Positions 1 to 12,231 of a DNA stretch of 64,000 bases are shown here, piece after piece; position 1 is the first letter of the stretch; every line of letters begins with the position of its first letter. Position numbers and translations under genes: made by a program. The stretch covers positions 36,766,001 through 36,830,000 of the forward strand of contig NC_043006.1 in assembly GCF_006345805.1 (NCBI RefSeq), written 5' to 3'. Below the pieces are notes generated by a model. It was not told the DNA's origin and ran no database searches. It worked only from the letters and a program-made list of their open reading frames with translations. Source of the stretch: Octopus sinensis (Eukaryota).

Positions 1-510
1 GCACTGACAAAAGTGCTTTCTACATAGCCTGGCATGGGTGCTTTTCATGTGGCCTAGAATTGGTACTCTTTGCGTGATGCCAACGCCGGTGCTTTTTACA
101 TATACACACTCATACATATGCATAAAACAGCGGTAACAACAACAACAACAACAACAACAACTACTACTACTACACAAATTGAATAATAATAATATATAGA
201 ATTATATTAATAACCCACCGTATTAAATTCAGGTTTATTATTATATATCTCTATGGAAATAGGCTCCGTAACCAAAGTCTACATATTGGAAGAGGATGTG
301 GTGAACATAATAAATAAATCAGGCTGAATGTAAACATTATTTTATATCAGAAAATTAATGCATACTGTGACATATAATAAATGTCATATGTTGAAATGAC
401 TGCAGACTGGGTTTCTTTATGGAATAATGGAGGAAAGTGAAACATGTTGACAACATCATGCAAAAATACACACACGTGCACAAACGTACATACTTACATA
501 TATATACATC

Positions 511-542
<32 letters not shown>

Positions 543-803
543 GTAATCTTTGTAGTTAATGCAAAATTACTTTTATTATAACATAACATTAACATATTCT
601 TCTATTCTTTTATTCGTTTCAGTCATTCGACTGCGGCCATGCTGGTGCACCACCTTTAGTTGAGCAAATCGATCCCAGGACTTATTCTTTGTAAGCCTAG
701 TACTTATTCTTTCAGTCTCTTTTGCCGAACCGCTAAGTTACGGGGGACATAAACACACCAGCACCGGTTGTCAAGCAATGGTGGGGGAACAAACACAGAC
801 ACA

Positions 804-835
<32 letters not shown>

Positions 836-900
836 TTATGTGAGTTTTTGTACTATATATAAAGTGGGCAAGCTACTTACCACACAGCCACTCCTCTGCC

Positions 901-932
<32 letters not shown>

Positions 933-1267
933 GGGCACAAGTACAAAAACTAACACACTGTGTGTAGGGGGAGTGTGTGTGAGGCCACTTTTCATTTAAA
1001 AATGAAACATTTAACCTTTACCTTTTTTTTTTCCTGATTGTAGAACAGAGTCCCATTTATATTTATATCTCCATAACTAGGCTGTCAAAATCTTCATCTT
1101 TATAATCACCAGCACCATTAGCAAACAGCAAGAGTTCAAATAATGTCAATAGCTTGATTTTACTTAATATTTTGGTAACCATGGACGGAACACAGAAAGA
1201 AATAATACAGTTGTTGTATTTATTTATAGAAAATTATACTATAGACTAAATCCCATAACCGCTTACT

Positions 1268-1438
1268 ATACATACATACATACATACATACATACATACA
1301 TACATACATACATCATTTAAATATATATGAACATGTCTAGATATGCAACTATATGCATGAGAATACATGCATAAAATAAAACCTATAATCTGCACATATA
1401 CATACATACATACATACATACATACATACATACATACA

Positions 1439-1472
<34 letters not shown>

Positions 1473-1715
1473 CAAACAAAAATACACTGTTGTTGATATC
1501 GAAATTCCAAAGGAGCCTTGGATCTATGTTAGAAACCGGTTCTTTCTCTATTGGCAAGAAATCTTGAAATAAAACTGAATAATACATACATACATGCATA
1601 CATACATTCATACATGCATATATACATACATACATGCATACATGCATGAACATGCACACACACATACATACACACACACATACATACACACACCCACTCT
1701 CACACACACACATAT
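1268..1715. repeat. (TACA)n and (CA)n microsatellite cluster
   Basis: Direct reading. Confidence 0.95.
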
Positions 1716-2379
1716 TGGACCCATACTTTGAGGAGGTATAGAAACCCCACCAGCATTTAAGAAGCCCTAGTTTAAAGTCACTAAAACTACAAAAGCTTTA
1801 ATACAGAGGAAGTAAAGTTTAAACATATTTGTTCATCAACAATAAACATCTGCAGGGAAAATGTGAAAAGAGGGTTTGAGTTCTGGGAGTATTAAGGTTC
1901 TGGAGTAGAAGTGCTTAGGGAGAAATGAAGACAAGTCTGTGAGTGTGGAGGTGATATTTTTTACCTTTTGCTTGTTTCAGTCATTAGACTGTGGCCACCT
2001 TGTAGGATTTTAGTTGAATGAATGGACCGCCTATCAAATCCATTATAGCTGCTGTCGTTGGCTGTTCAAGTGCATGTTATTAAATGGAAAAACAGTTAGT
2101 ATGAATCACCATAAGACATTTTTGTGTATCAATATATTGTTTATTCTGTGTTCACCTATTGTGGTAGAATCATGTAGTATGATACAAAAACAAGTGTGTT
2201 TACGTACGAAGAGAGTTTTGATTTTTGCTTTTGCACTGAAAGAAGTAACATATAACTTTTGTATTACAGTATGTATGCATGTGTGTAATGAGAACTCATT
2301 TTGAGGATGTGTGTGTGATAAAATATCTTCATTACAAACCATATATCTTGTGCTGAGGTGAATAGACATGTGAGTCACA

Positions 2380-2680
2380 CGTGGAGATTGTATGTGGAGC
2401 TGCGGAGAAGACGTGTCTTTGACAAAAGCCCGGCAGGAACTGAGCTGTTTCTACAGTGGAGCTCAAGCAGAGAGTTATTGTTGGCTGAGACGTATCCAGG
2501 TGTAGGTGGTTTACCTGTATTTGCTGGAAGAATTTGTCTAGATACCATCTGAAAGTTGTGGGGTCTTTTTGTACTTTAATTTCTTTTGGAATAACATTGA
2601 AAAGAGCAGCATCACTTGCAGTGAGGAAATTGTGCCACAATGTTCTTATGTGATGCGATTTCGACAAAGGTTGAGATCAC
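2380..2680 (-). mobile_element. CR1/L2-group LINE 3' end fragment
   Basis: HNFLTASDAALFNVIPKEIKVQKDPTTFRWYLDKFFQQI resembles the LFNxLPxxI...FKxxLDKFL terminal motif. Confidence 0.6.
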
Positions 2681-2682
2681 AT

Positions 2683-2830
<148 letters not shown>

Positions 2831-3148
2831 TGTATGTGTGTGTGTGTTGGTTGGTGTTACTTAACATTGCATGATAGTTTTAATCAAGTGTCACCATCAT
2901 ACATGTAATATTCTTCATATACAATCATCAATGAAAACATGTCTGGCCATGGCTAGACATGTTTTCAGTGGGACTGAACATAGAACCATGTGGTTGAGAA
3001 GCAAACTTCTTACCATACTGCCACAATGGAATCTATGTAAAGAATCAATGAATGTTTATCTAGTTTTCAGGGGAGTATGAACTGCATTAGACAAGAACTT
3101 AACTAAAACCTACACAGTTGCTTGAAGGACTAAGGATCATGTGAATAT

Positions 3149-3360
3149 GGAGGCACATGGCTTTGTGGTTAGGGTGTTGGACTCATGGTCATAAGACTGT
3201 GGTTTTGATTCCTAGATCGGGCAACATGTTGTGTTCTTGAGCAAGACACTTCATTTCATGTTACTTCAGTCCTCTCGGCTGGCAAATATGAGTAATCCTG
3301 TGATGGACTAGCGTCCCATCCAGGGGCGGAATATATATGCCTTGGAAGCTGGGAAGGAAC
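3149..3360 (+). mobile_element. tRNA-derived SINE family C, CORE-like (also 14692-15040, 23880-24040, 29290-29520, 29690-29900, 35810-36080)
   Basis: gaggcacatggct.agtggttagggtgttggactcatg...gtgttcttgagcaagacacttcatttca. Confidence 0.8.
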
Positions 3361-3555
3361 TTCGGAAAGAATAAGTTAACTGCATTCCACTTCTGCACAT
3401 ATGTATGTGTGTGTTTGTGTGTGTGTGAATGCAAATGTGTTTGTGTGTGTTTGTGTGTGCGTGCACATGTGTGCATATGTGTGCACATGTGTGCATATGT
3501 GTGCGCGTAAGTTTGTGTGTGCACACGTGTATGTATGTGTGTATGTATGTCTTTG

Positions 3556-3586
<31 letters not shown>

Positions 3587-4522
3587 ATGTGTGTGCATGT
3601 ATTTGTGTGTGTGTGTGTGTGTGTGTGTTTGTGTGTGTGTACCTGTTTTTTTTGACATCATGTGATTGTTGTAAATGAGCATCCTAATCATACTAATGAA
3701 GTTGCTTGTTTCCAGTTTTTCTGTGGAAATCATGTCAGAGCAATGGGCAAATATTACTTTGCCTGGCAACAGGCAAGTGTTGGTGACAGGAAGAGCATCC
3801 AGCCATAGAACAGCTACCTAAACAAATTCCCCCTGAGCCATGCAAGCATGGCAAAGTGGACATTAAATAATAATAATAATAATGACGATGATGATGGTGA
3901 TGATGATGATATTGAAAGTATATCTATGATATATATTGAGAGTATATCTATGATAACATTATCCAGTGTACCATTTTCATTTTAAAACCACAGGCTGTGT
4001 AGGGTTTGATTTCTGGCAGAATTGTGTGACCACATAGAAACTTCCACATTGTACCAAAGTCTTACTGTTCCACTGATTCATTCCCTCACACCGAGTGATA
4101 TTGATTTTCATTTTCTTTAATAAACCAAGAATGGCTTACCTTAGATAGTTTTGAAAATGGCAACAGCTGACATTTTATACTGTTTACATATGTATGTATG
4201 TGTGTATGTATTTATGTATGGATGCATATAGAGTTTTAGTCTTCTGTTGTAATTCCATTAGACCTTTGGCAATGTGCCATCTTTGAGTAGAAGACCCATC
4301 AAGCCAAGTGAAATCAGAGTCAGGGCAGATACTGGTGACACACAACTGGTATCCATGTTGGCAACACATAAAAGCACCCATTACATTCTTGGGGTGGTTG
4401 GTGTTAGGAAGGGCATCCGGCCATAGAAACCATGCCAAATCAGACTGGAGTCTGGTCAACCTATGCCAGCCTGGAGAGGCATGGTCAACCTATGCCTCTC
4501 AACCTATGCCAGCCTGGACAAT

Positions 4523-4553
<31 letters not shown>

Positions 4554-5074
4554 CTAGAATATTAAACTGACATATTTGACTGTCCTGAAGCTCTTTGAGG
4601 TTTAAGGAACCATAACAAAATGCCAAAAGGCATTCTGTCCAATAGTATGATCCTCAGAACTTGGTGGAGAATAAATTCAAACTGAATTGATATTTGTGAC
4701 AGTACCATAGTTATTTAGAATGAGACAATCAGGTGCCGTCTGGGTGCTGAAGATTTGGAGGCAAACATACACACTAGTGTGCACATACAAACACACACAT
4801 ATGCACACACACATACACACTGACAAACACACACACACATGCACACACACATACACACTCGCATACAAATACATATACCTGCATGCACATGCATGTGCAT
4901 GCAGAGGTGAAGAAATATACACATACTGGTGGAAACATAGAGAGAGAGGGAAGGAAAGAGAGAAGAGAGTGATTGCAATTTATTTATTGAACATGACTGG
5001 CAAACACTTTTGCTTCTCCTCATGTAGAGAGAAATGTAGTCATGCACAAACATATTATTATTATCATTATTCAG

Positions 5075-5143
5075 GTCACTGCCTGGAATCGAACTCAGAA
5101 TCTTGGGTTAGTAGCCCGTGCTCTTAACCACTACGCCATATGC
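5075..5143 (-). other. tRNA-like (A-box/B-box) segment followed by (AAT)n at the 3' end of the Penelope-like element; not a functional tRNA
   Basis: GCATATGGCGTAGTGGTTAAGAGCACGGGCTACTAACCCAAGATTCTGAGTTCGATTCC: A box TGGCGTAGTGG, anticodon-like arm GGG-CTACTAA-CCC, B box GAGTTCGATTC; the acceptor stem does not pair. Confidence 0.7.
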
Positions 5144-5149
5144 TCATGG

Positions 5150-6884
5150 GCAATTATGGAGTGAATTTTAGGGCGTATAAATCTAATATTTTTCTATCCT
5201 TCCTTAATACCTATTTCTTTATTACCCACGAGGGGCTAAACACAGAGGGGACAAACAAGGAAAGACATAGGTATTAAGTCGATTACATCGACCCCAGTGT
5301 GTAACTGGTACTTAATTTATCGACACCGAAAGGATGAAAGACAAAGTCGACCTCGGCGGAATTTGAACTCACAACGTAACGCAGCCGAAATACCGCCTAG
5401 CATTTCGTCCGGCGTGCTAACGTTTCTGCCAGCTCACCACCTTATCCTTCCTTAATACTGGTTCCCATATGCTGCTCATATCTGCTCCTTTTAGTTTTTG
5501 TATTTTCCAGTTTTCTTTTTATTTTAACTTCATCCCACAGGATGTCTCCATTTTTCCATACACGATCAATATCTCCTCATTTATCAGTATCTCCTCGTGT
5601 CACAGCTTTGTGATGTTTGTCTATCCTTATTTTGAGGGGGTGGCACGTTTTGTCTTTGTATAACCTACCACAGCTGCATGAGATGGAGTACTCGCAGTTT
5701 TTGGTCATATTCTCTTCTACTGGTGGTTTTACTGGAAGGAGATATTTGTGAAGTGTTGTATTACACTTGAATACTGTTCTGATGTCATATGGGCCGCATA
5801 TCTTTTGTATCTTTTTGGAGAGGCCTTTCACATTGCATAGACAGACTGTGGTCAGTTTATGGGTTTCATGCTCTCTTCTCTTCATAATTGGAATGGATAG
5901 TATGTTTTGGGGGTAGTTGTTGCTTAATAGATTGTTATTTAGCTTGATCATTTCTTTGTGGTGCGTATCAGGATCACTACTTATATTCTTTGCTTGATGT
6001 TTTAGGCACTGAGTAATCCCTCTCTTTACACTGTATGGATGGTGGGAAATGAAGATGCGGTATCATCCAGTGAAGGTTGGCTTGCAGTATATGGATGTCT
6101 TGGATCCATACTTGGTGCATGTTATTAATATGTCCAGTAATGCTAGCTGATTGTCTTTTTCCTTTTCCATTGTGAACTGTATGGATGGCTTTATTGAGTT
6201 CACATGATCTAACAATACTTGGACATCTTCCTGGTGGGACAAGAGTATAAAGGGTTGATTTTAGAGGTGTTGATCCTAAAGCCAAATTCTCTTTGTATTC
6301 CATGTATATATTGGCCATTATTGGTGATAATGGTGAACCCATAGCTAAACCCTCTTCATGTCGATATATATCAAGGTCCATTCTGAAGTAGGTAGTTTCT
6401 ACACAGAAGATTAACATTTCCATCAAGTTTCATATTGGTATACTAGTGCATTCTTTAAGATAAGTGTCTGTCACAGTTTTTCTTGTATCACCGATAGTGC
6501 TTCATCAGTTGGGACTTTGGTAAACAGACTTATCACATCTAGACTCACCATGTGGTTGGATCCAATGGGGGTATCCTTGATCAATTCTGTGAAGTGGATG
6601 GAATTCTTTATGTACAATGTTGGCTTTCCTGCTAATGGACTGATTATATCCACAAGGAAGTGGCTCAGTGGATGACATACTGAACCTTTACGGCTCACTA
6701 TAGGTTTTAATGGAATACCATCCTTGTGAATCTTAGAGAGACCGTGCATGTGTGGTAGCTTACTGTAGTGTTGAGTTAGATGTCTGTATAAAGTGATCCT
6801 TGTTCTTGATCAAGATATGTGACAACTTCCTCTCTGTTTTCACAGTCGGGTCTTTCTTTACTTTGCTGTAGCTACCATCATTTA
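5150..6884 (-). mobile_element. Decayed Penelope-like element (Poseidon/Penelope type): RT plus GIY-YIG endonuclease, 5'-truncated
   Basis: Frameshifted ORF pieces: HGLSKIHKDGIPLKPIVS, MVSLDVISLFTKVP, EEGLAMGSPLSPIMANIYME, NNYPQNI, KNCEYSISCSCGRLYKDKT...LKIRIDKH. These are PLE RT motifs followed by a degenerate GIY-YIG domain. Confidence 0.9.
5211..5442 (-). mobile_element. tRNA-derived SINE family B with a 16-bp TSD (other copies: 8600-9040, 12981-13220, 36106-36331, 45707-45920, 51800-52040, 56884-57103, 60746-60954)
   Basis: TSD tatccttccttaatac at 5195 and 5443; head ggtggtgagctggcagaaacgttagc...gagttcaaattcc; central tttcatcctttcgg.gtcgataa.ttaagtaccag domain. Confidence 0.9.
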
Positions 6885-7090
6885 TGAGAGATAGATAGAT
6901 AGATGGATGTCTGGCTAGCTGGCTTGCTGGCTGGCCGGCTGGCTGGCTGGCTGGCTGGATGGATGGATGGATAGATAGGTAGATAGATAGATAGAGAGAG
7001 AGGGGGGACAGTAAGACAAACGAGAGAGAGACAAGCAAGAGAGAGTGAAAGAGTGGGTGGGTGAGAGAGTGGGTGGGAGAGAGAGACGCA
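6885..7090. repeat. Compound (GATA)n/(GCTG)n/(GATG)n/(GA)n microsatellite at the PLE truncation point
   Basis: Direct reading. Confidence 0.9.
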
Positions 7091-7461
7091 GAAGGAATAA
7101 TAGAAACAGTGAAATGCCTAATGTCAGCATCAAATGAACAACAACAAACAGGTTGTACTGAAACAGCTGAGCCAAAACTCTCATAACTGTAATGATGTAG
7201 ATGAAATCAGCTATGGGACCATCCTTCATTAGGCTATATCCATGGGAGAATTTCAGCTTTTAAGCAAAGTGTAATTTTAAATGTGATTGATTAGAATAGT
7301 GGTTGTCACTGTTCATTTACAATATCTTCCTTCTATTATGGATGAAAAGAAAAAGAACAAAAGTGTGTGTTTACTTTACAAGGTTAAACTCTAGTCAAAG
7401 GAGACAGATAGGTCTTCTCAACCAACTACTTCAGTTCTAGGGCCTCGTTTTTATTACAGAA

Positions 7462-7786
7462 CTAGCAGTATCGCCCGGCGTTGCTCAGGTTTGTAAGGGA
7501 AATAACTATAAGCATTTTTAGAGAGTTATAGCAAAAAAATGGAAAAAAATGATGGTAAATTATCCGGTTTTGTTTCTGATTCTCGACCCCATGTCGAATT
7601 TATCGATTTTTTTCAGAACTGGGGGAACTTTTCAAAATTTCGCGCGTTAGTTTTGAATTATGACATTGGGCTATGTGTGTGTCAAGTTTCATCAGAATCG
7701 GTTGAAAGCTGTGGTCAGGGTGAGGGTACAAGCAAACAGACACACAGAAACACGCACAGACAAACTGCCGTTTATATATAGAGAGA
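7462..7786 (-). mobile_element. Non-autonomous Helitron-like element
   Basis: Minus strand A|TC start, GC-rich imperfect stem-loop then CTAG|T end; same termini as 50788-51039. Confidence 0.7.
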
Positions 7787-8270
7787 TCAGACATCTATTA
7801 ACTCATGAACAATGCAGCTGCCGTTGAATAAACATCAATGGCTGTAGAACGAGATAAACTCTCAGTTAATCAATTTAACTGATCCGGTTAAAAGTTCCTG
7901 GTTGAAGCAATTTAATTTTCCTAGCATTGCAAATATCTTTCAAAAAAAAAAAAAGGTTAATTTCACTTCTCTTGTAAAAATCTGAATTCTTACTACCTTT
8001 GTAAATAAAAATAAATAAATACAAAACAGTATAAACAAGGGTTTTTTGTTTTCCTTTTTCATATAATAAATGTTTGAACAAATTGTTTTGTGAAAGGAAA
8101 AAGATCAACAATGATTTCATGCATAAGGTAGCGGGGCTGACATTTATAGAAGAAGAAGTATTGTGGTGACGTTCATGTTGTACCACCATATACCAATGTT
8201 TAATTTTCGACAATTCATATTATTGTCACATTTTGTCTGACATGCTAATGATTCTGCTAGCTCTCTGCCT

Positions 8271-8294
8271 TAATAATGATAATAATAATAATGA

Positions 8295-8325
<31 letters not shown>

Positions 8326-8425
8326 GATGGTAATGATGATGATGACAATGATGACGATGACGATGACGATGACGATGATGATGATGATGATCGTCTTAAT
8401 GATGATGATGGTGATGATGATGAAA
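8271..8425. repeat. (GAT)n/(GAC)n/(AAT)n trinucleotide tract
   Basis: Direct reading. Confidence 0.95.
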
Positions 8426-9759
8426 TTACACATTACAAAGAAGAGTGCTCAATCAGTGCAGTGCACCTGTTAAAAAATCTTGATTTGATTTAATGAGGGC
8501 TCACTTTCTTGTACAGTATCGTTCATATAGGAGCAAGCAAAAAATAACAACCAAGCTCATTTATTGTATCATAAGTTTAATATTTAAAAAATGGTCAAGG
8601 TGGCAAACTGATAGAATTGTTAAAGAGCTTAGTGGCATTTCGTCTGTCATTGTGTTCCGAGTTCAAATTCTGCCACCGTCAACTTTACTGTTCATCCTTT
8701 CAGGGTCGATACTATAAGTACCAGTTGATCTCTGCAGGGATTGATGTAATTAACTTATCCCCTTGCCTAAAATTGCTGGCCTTATGCCAAAATTTGAAAT
8801 TATCATCACCATTGTCATCATCATCATCATCATCATTATCAAGGCAGTGAGTTGTCAGAATCATTAGCATGTCAGACAAAATGCTTAATGGCATTTTGTC
8901 CATCTTTATATTCTAAGTTCAAATTTTACCATGGTCAGCTTCGCTTTTTATCCTTTCAGGGGTTGATAAAATAAGTACTAGTTGAGTGCTGGGAGTCGAC
9001 GTAATCAACTAAGCCCCTTCCCTGAAATTGTTGGCAAAGTGTTTTTAGTATTAAATATACCATTAAATGCCCAGATGTGTTCATAAAAATTGAAGGCAAT
9101 ATTAATACTATAATAATGGAGCAAGTTCACAATCACTTAAGGGTAACTGATAGTTAGCAAGCATATAATCTGAAGTGTGAAATGACAAAATATTTGATTG
9201 ACAGAAGAAAAAAGTCTGTATGAAGTCCAAATACAAAAGTATATATATATATATATATATATCTATTGTTAAGAAAAATGTTGCTGTCATTGTAACTACA
9301 ACAGAAAAGAGATATTTACACCAAGTGAATCAGTTCATGGGTTTCAATATGAGATGTGTGTCTGAAATGATAGTGGGTTGTAGTAGTCATTGAATTCCAC
9401 AGCCAAAGTGTGTGGTGTTAGTTCCTGCTGTAAACTGGCTTTAGCTGTGCCATGACCAATCATCAGTTAGTTACCAGACAAATGATCTCTTTATACCTAA
9501 TACTCTGTCAAAGAAAAGGCCCCAAAGACAAAATTATTAATGACATTTCAATATGTTGTTTACAACTAAAATTCTAATTCTGCTGGATCTAATATGTTTT
9601 CACCAGTTAGCTTAGCTACTGATAAAAACAAGTTCTCAATGTGTATACCAAGGACTTCAATGGCTAGCAACTTGAATGTTTCAATTCCTGACAAAATCTC
9701 AGTTTAATGTTTACACTTATTTTTAAGTCTGAACACAATAATTCAGATTCAATTTCCAG

Positions 9760-9805
9760 GCAGTGAGTTGGTGTTTAAAACTCTGCTAACATTTTTACAA
9801 CAAAT
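9760..9805 (+). CDS. Candidate internal exon of an unidentified gene (GSELVFKTLLTFLQQ, phase 1 to 2)
   Basis: Acceptor attcaatttccag|, donor AAAT|gtatca; phase-compatible with 10783-10870; no homolog recognised. Confidence 0.3.
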
Positions 9806-10232
9806 GTATCAGATATTGGTATTGGATCATGAACTGGATCAATCTTAGAATCAAGTTGTTCATAAAAACTGAAGTGAGTAGTATTAGAGGAATAAGGCAC
9901 TTAATGCAGGGTAGTTGAAAATGTGGGGCCCATAGCATATGTCACCCTTGCACAACCTGGAATGATGAAAAACAAAGTTAACTCTGATGAGATTTGAACT
10001 CTGATTCTAAAGGTTTTCTTTTATTCTTTTAATGGTTTCAGTTATTTGACTGTTGCCATGCTGGAGTACTGCCTTTAGTTGAACAAATCGACTCCAGAAC
10101 TTATTCTTTGTAAATCTAGTACTCATTCTATCAGTCTCTTTTGCTGAACCGCTAAGCTATGAGGATGTAAACACGCCAACATTGGTTGTCAAGAGATGGG
10201 GGGGACAAACATAGACACAAACATATACATAC

Positions 10233-10279
<47 letters not shown>

Positions 10280-10782
10280 ATATATACACACAATGGGCTT
10301 CTTTCAGTTTCCATTTACCAAATCCACTCACAAGGCTTTGGTTGGTTCAAGGCTATATTAGAAAACACTTGCCCGAGGTGCCACGCAATGAGACTGAACC
10401 TAGGACCATGTGGTTGGGTAGCAAGCTTCTTACCACACGCTAAAAACTAATAAACTCTCTACTGATTTTATTTTCCACCAACTTCAAAATAATTAAGGCG
10501 AAAGTTCAATTCCAAATGCAGGAAACTCTTGCTTTAATGGACTTCTAATTTAACTGTCCAAATATTGATGGATTCAAATTTTGGCCCAAGACCAGCCATT
10601 TTAGAGGAGAGAGCGTCAGTCGATTACGTTGACCTTTGTGTTCAACTGGTTTTTATTTTATTGACCCAAAAAGGATGAAAGAGAAAAATTGTTTGTACAA
10701 GGAATATTGTTCTTCAGCAATTTTTGCAGTGAATATGAATAACATGAATGCGAATAATAATGCTTATTATTTACATTTGTAG

Positions 10783-10870
10783 CTTTAGCACAGAATATGT
10801 CAAATATGTTATAAATGCAGGGTTTTTGCATAAACTTAACCTGGTGTCTCTTGAAATTCCGTTAGAAAAT
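10783..10870 (+). CDS. Candidate internal exon of an unidentified gene (FSTEYVKYVINAGFLHKLNLVSLEIPLEN, phase 2 to 0)
   Basis: Acceptor tattatttacatttgtag|, donor AAAAT|gtatgt; 29 open codons of protein-like composition in unique sequence between SINEs. Confidence 0.38.
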
Positions 10871-11591
10871 GTATGTATACTGGTTGTAAGGTCAAGTACC
10901 CATGTGTGAATATACATATGTTTTGGTAGTTTTGAATGAATATAAAACTACAACATTTGTGAAATTAGGTAGAGCAAATATCATAGAAAATAACATAATC
11001 TAGAACAATAAGTGAATCATTGTCAGCCACGTATTGTACATATTACAAGTAATCAAATCTGTATAATATTTGGCGAGTGGTAAATATAATTTTCTTATTT
11101 TCCTGTTATTTTGGTATTTTTATTTGTATCTTCACATTCTCGTTAGCAACATTCATCATGTTCATTTTTCAACAATACCTCCAATTGGAAAAATCGAATA
11201 TTCATACATACAAACCAAAATATTGTAATTACCACAAAATTTATTTAAACACCCACCATCATTATTTATAGCCTGGGTACTCTTGTAATACTATATAGTG
11301 TTAGTATCATGGTCACAGCAAAATACTCCTTGGCTGTTATGAAGAAGAGATAGTTAATGTTACATTATATCTTTTCTCTTCAATTTGATTCAGTCAGGAG
11401 ACTTTGGCCATGCTGGGGCACTGCTTGAAGAGTTTTTACTTGAATGAATTGACTCCAGGACATTTTTTTAAAGCCTGGTACTTATTTTATCAGTCTCTTT
11501 TGCTGAACCGCTAAGCTATGAGGATGTAAACACGCCAACATTGGTTGTCAAGAGATGGGGGGGACAAACATAGACACAAACATATACATAC

Positions 11592-11637
<46 letters not shown>

Positions 11638-12143
11638 TATATATATACACACAATGGGCTTCTTTCAGTTTCCATTTACCAAATCCACTCACAAGGCTTT
11701 GGTTGGTTCAAGGCTATATTAGAAAACACTTGCCCGAGGTGCCACGCAATGAGACTGAACCTAGGACCATGTGGTTGGGTAGCAAGCTTCTTACCACACG
11801 CTAAAAACTAATAAACTCTCTACTGATTTTATTTTCCACCAACTTCAAAATAATTAAGGCGAAAGTTCAATTCCAAATGCAGGAAACTCTTGCTTTAATG
11901 GACTTCTAATTTAACTGTCCAAATATTGATGGATTCAAATTTTGGCCCAAGACCAGCCATTTTAGAGGAGAGAGCGTCAGTCGATTACGTTGACCTTTGT
12001 GTTCAACTGGTTTTTATTTTATTGACCCAAAAAGGATGAAAGAGAAAAATTGTTTGTACAAGGAATATTGTTCTTCAGCAATTTTTGCAGTGAATATGAA
12101 TAACATGAATGCGAATAATAATGCTTATTATTTACATTTGTAG

Positions 12144-12231
12144 CTTTAGCACAGAATATGTCAAATATGTTATAAATGCAGGGTTTTTGCATAAACTTAA
12201 CCTGGTGTCTCTTGAAATTCCGTTAGAAAAT
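12144..12231 (+). CDS. Identical duplicate of the 10783-10870 candidate exon
   Basis: Lies in the second copy of the 1.36 kb tandem duplication (offset 1361). Confidence 0.3.

Noticed and set aside
5075-5143. Possible tRNA gene (anticodon ACT)
   Set aside because: Acceptor stem does not pair and the T-stem is imperfect; treated as a tRNA-derived repeat head.
8233-8493. Poly-Asp/poly-Met ORFs (also poly-Ser at 16374-16595)
   Set aside because: Trinucleotide tracts and retroposon tails.
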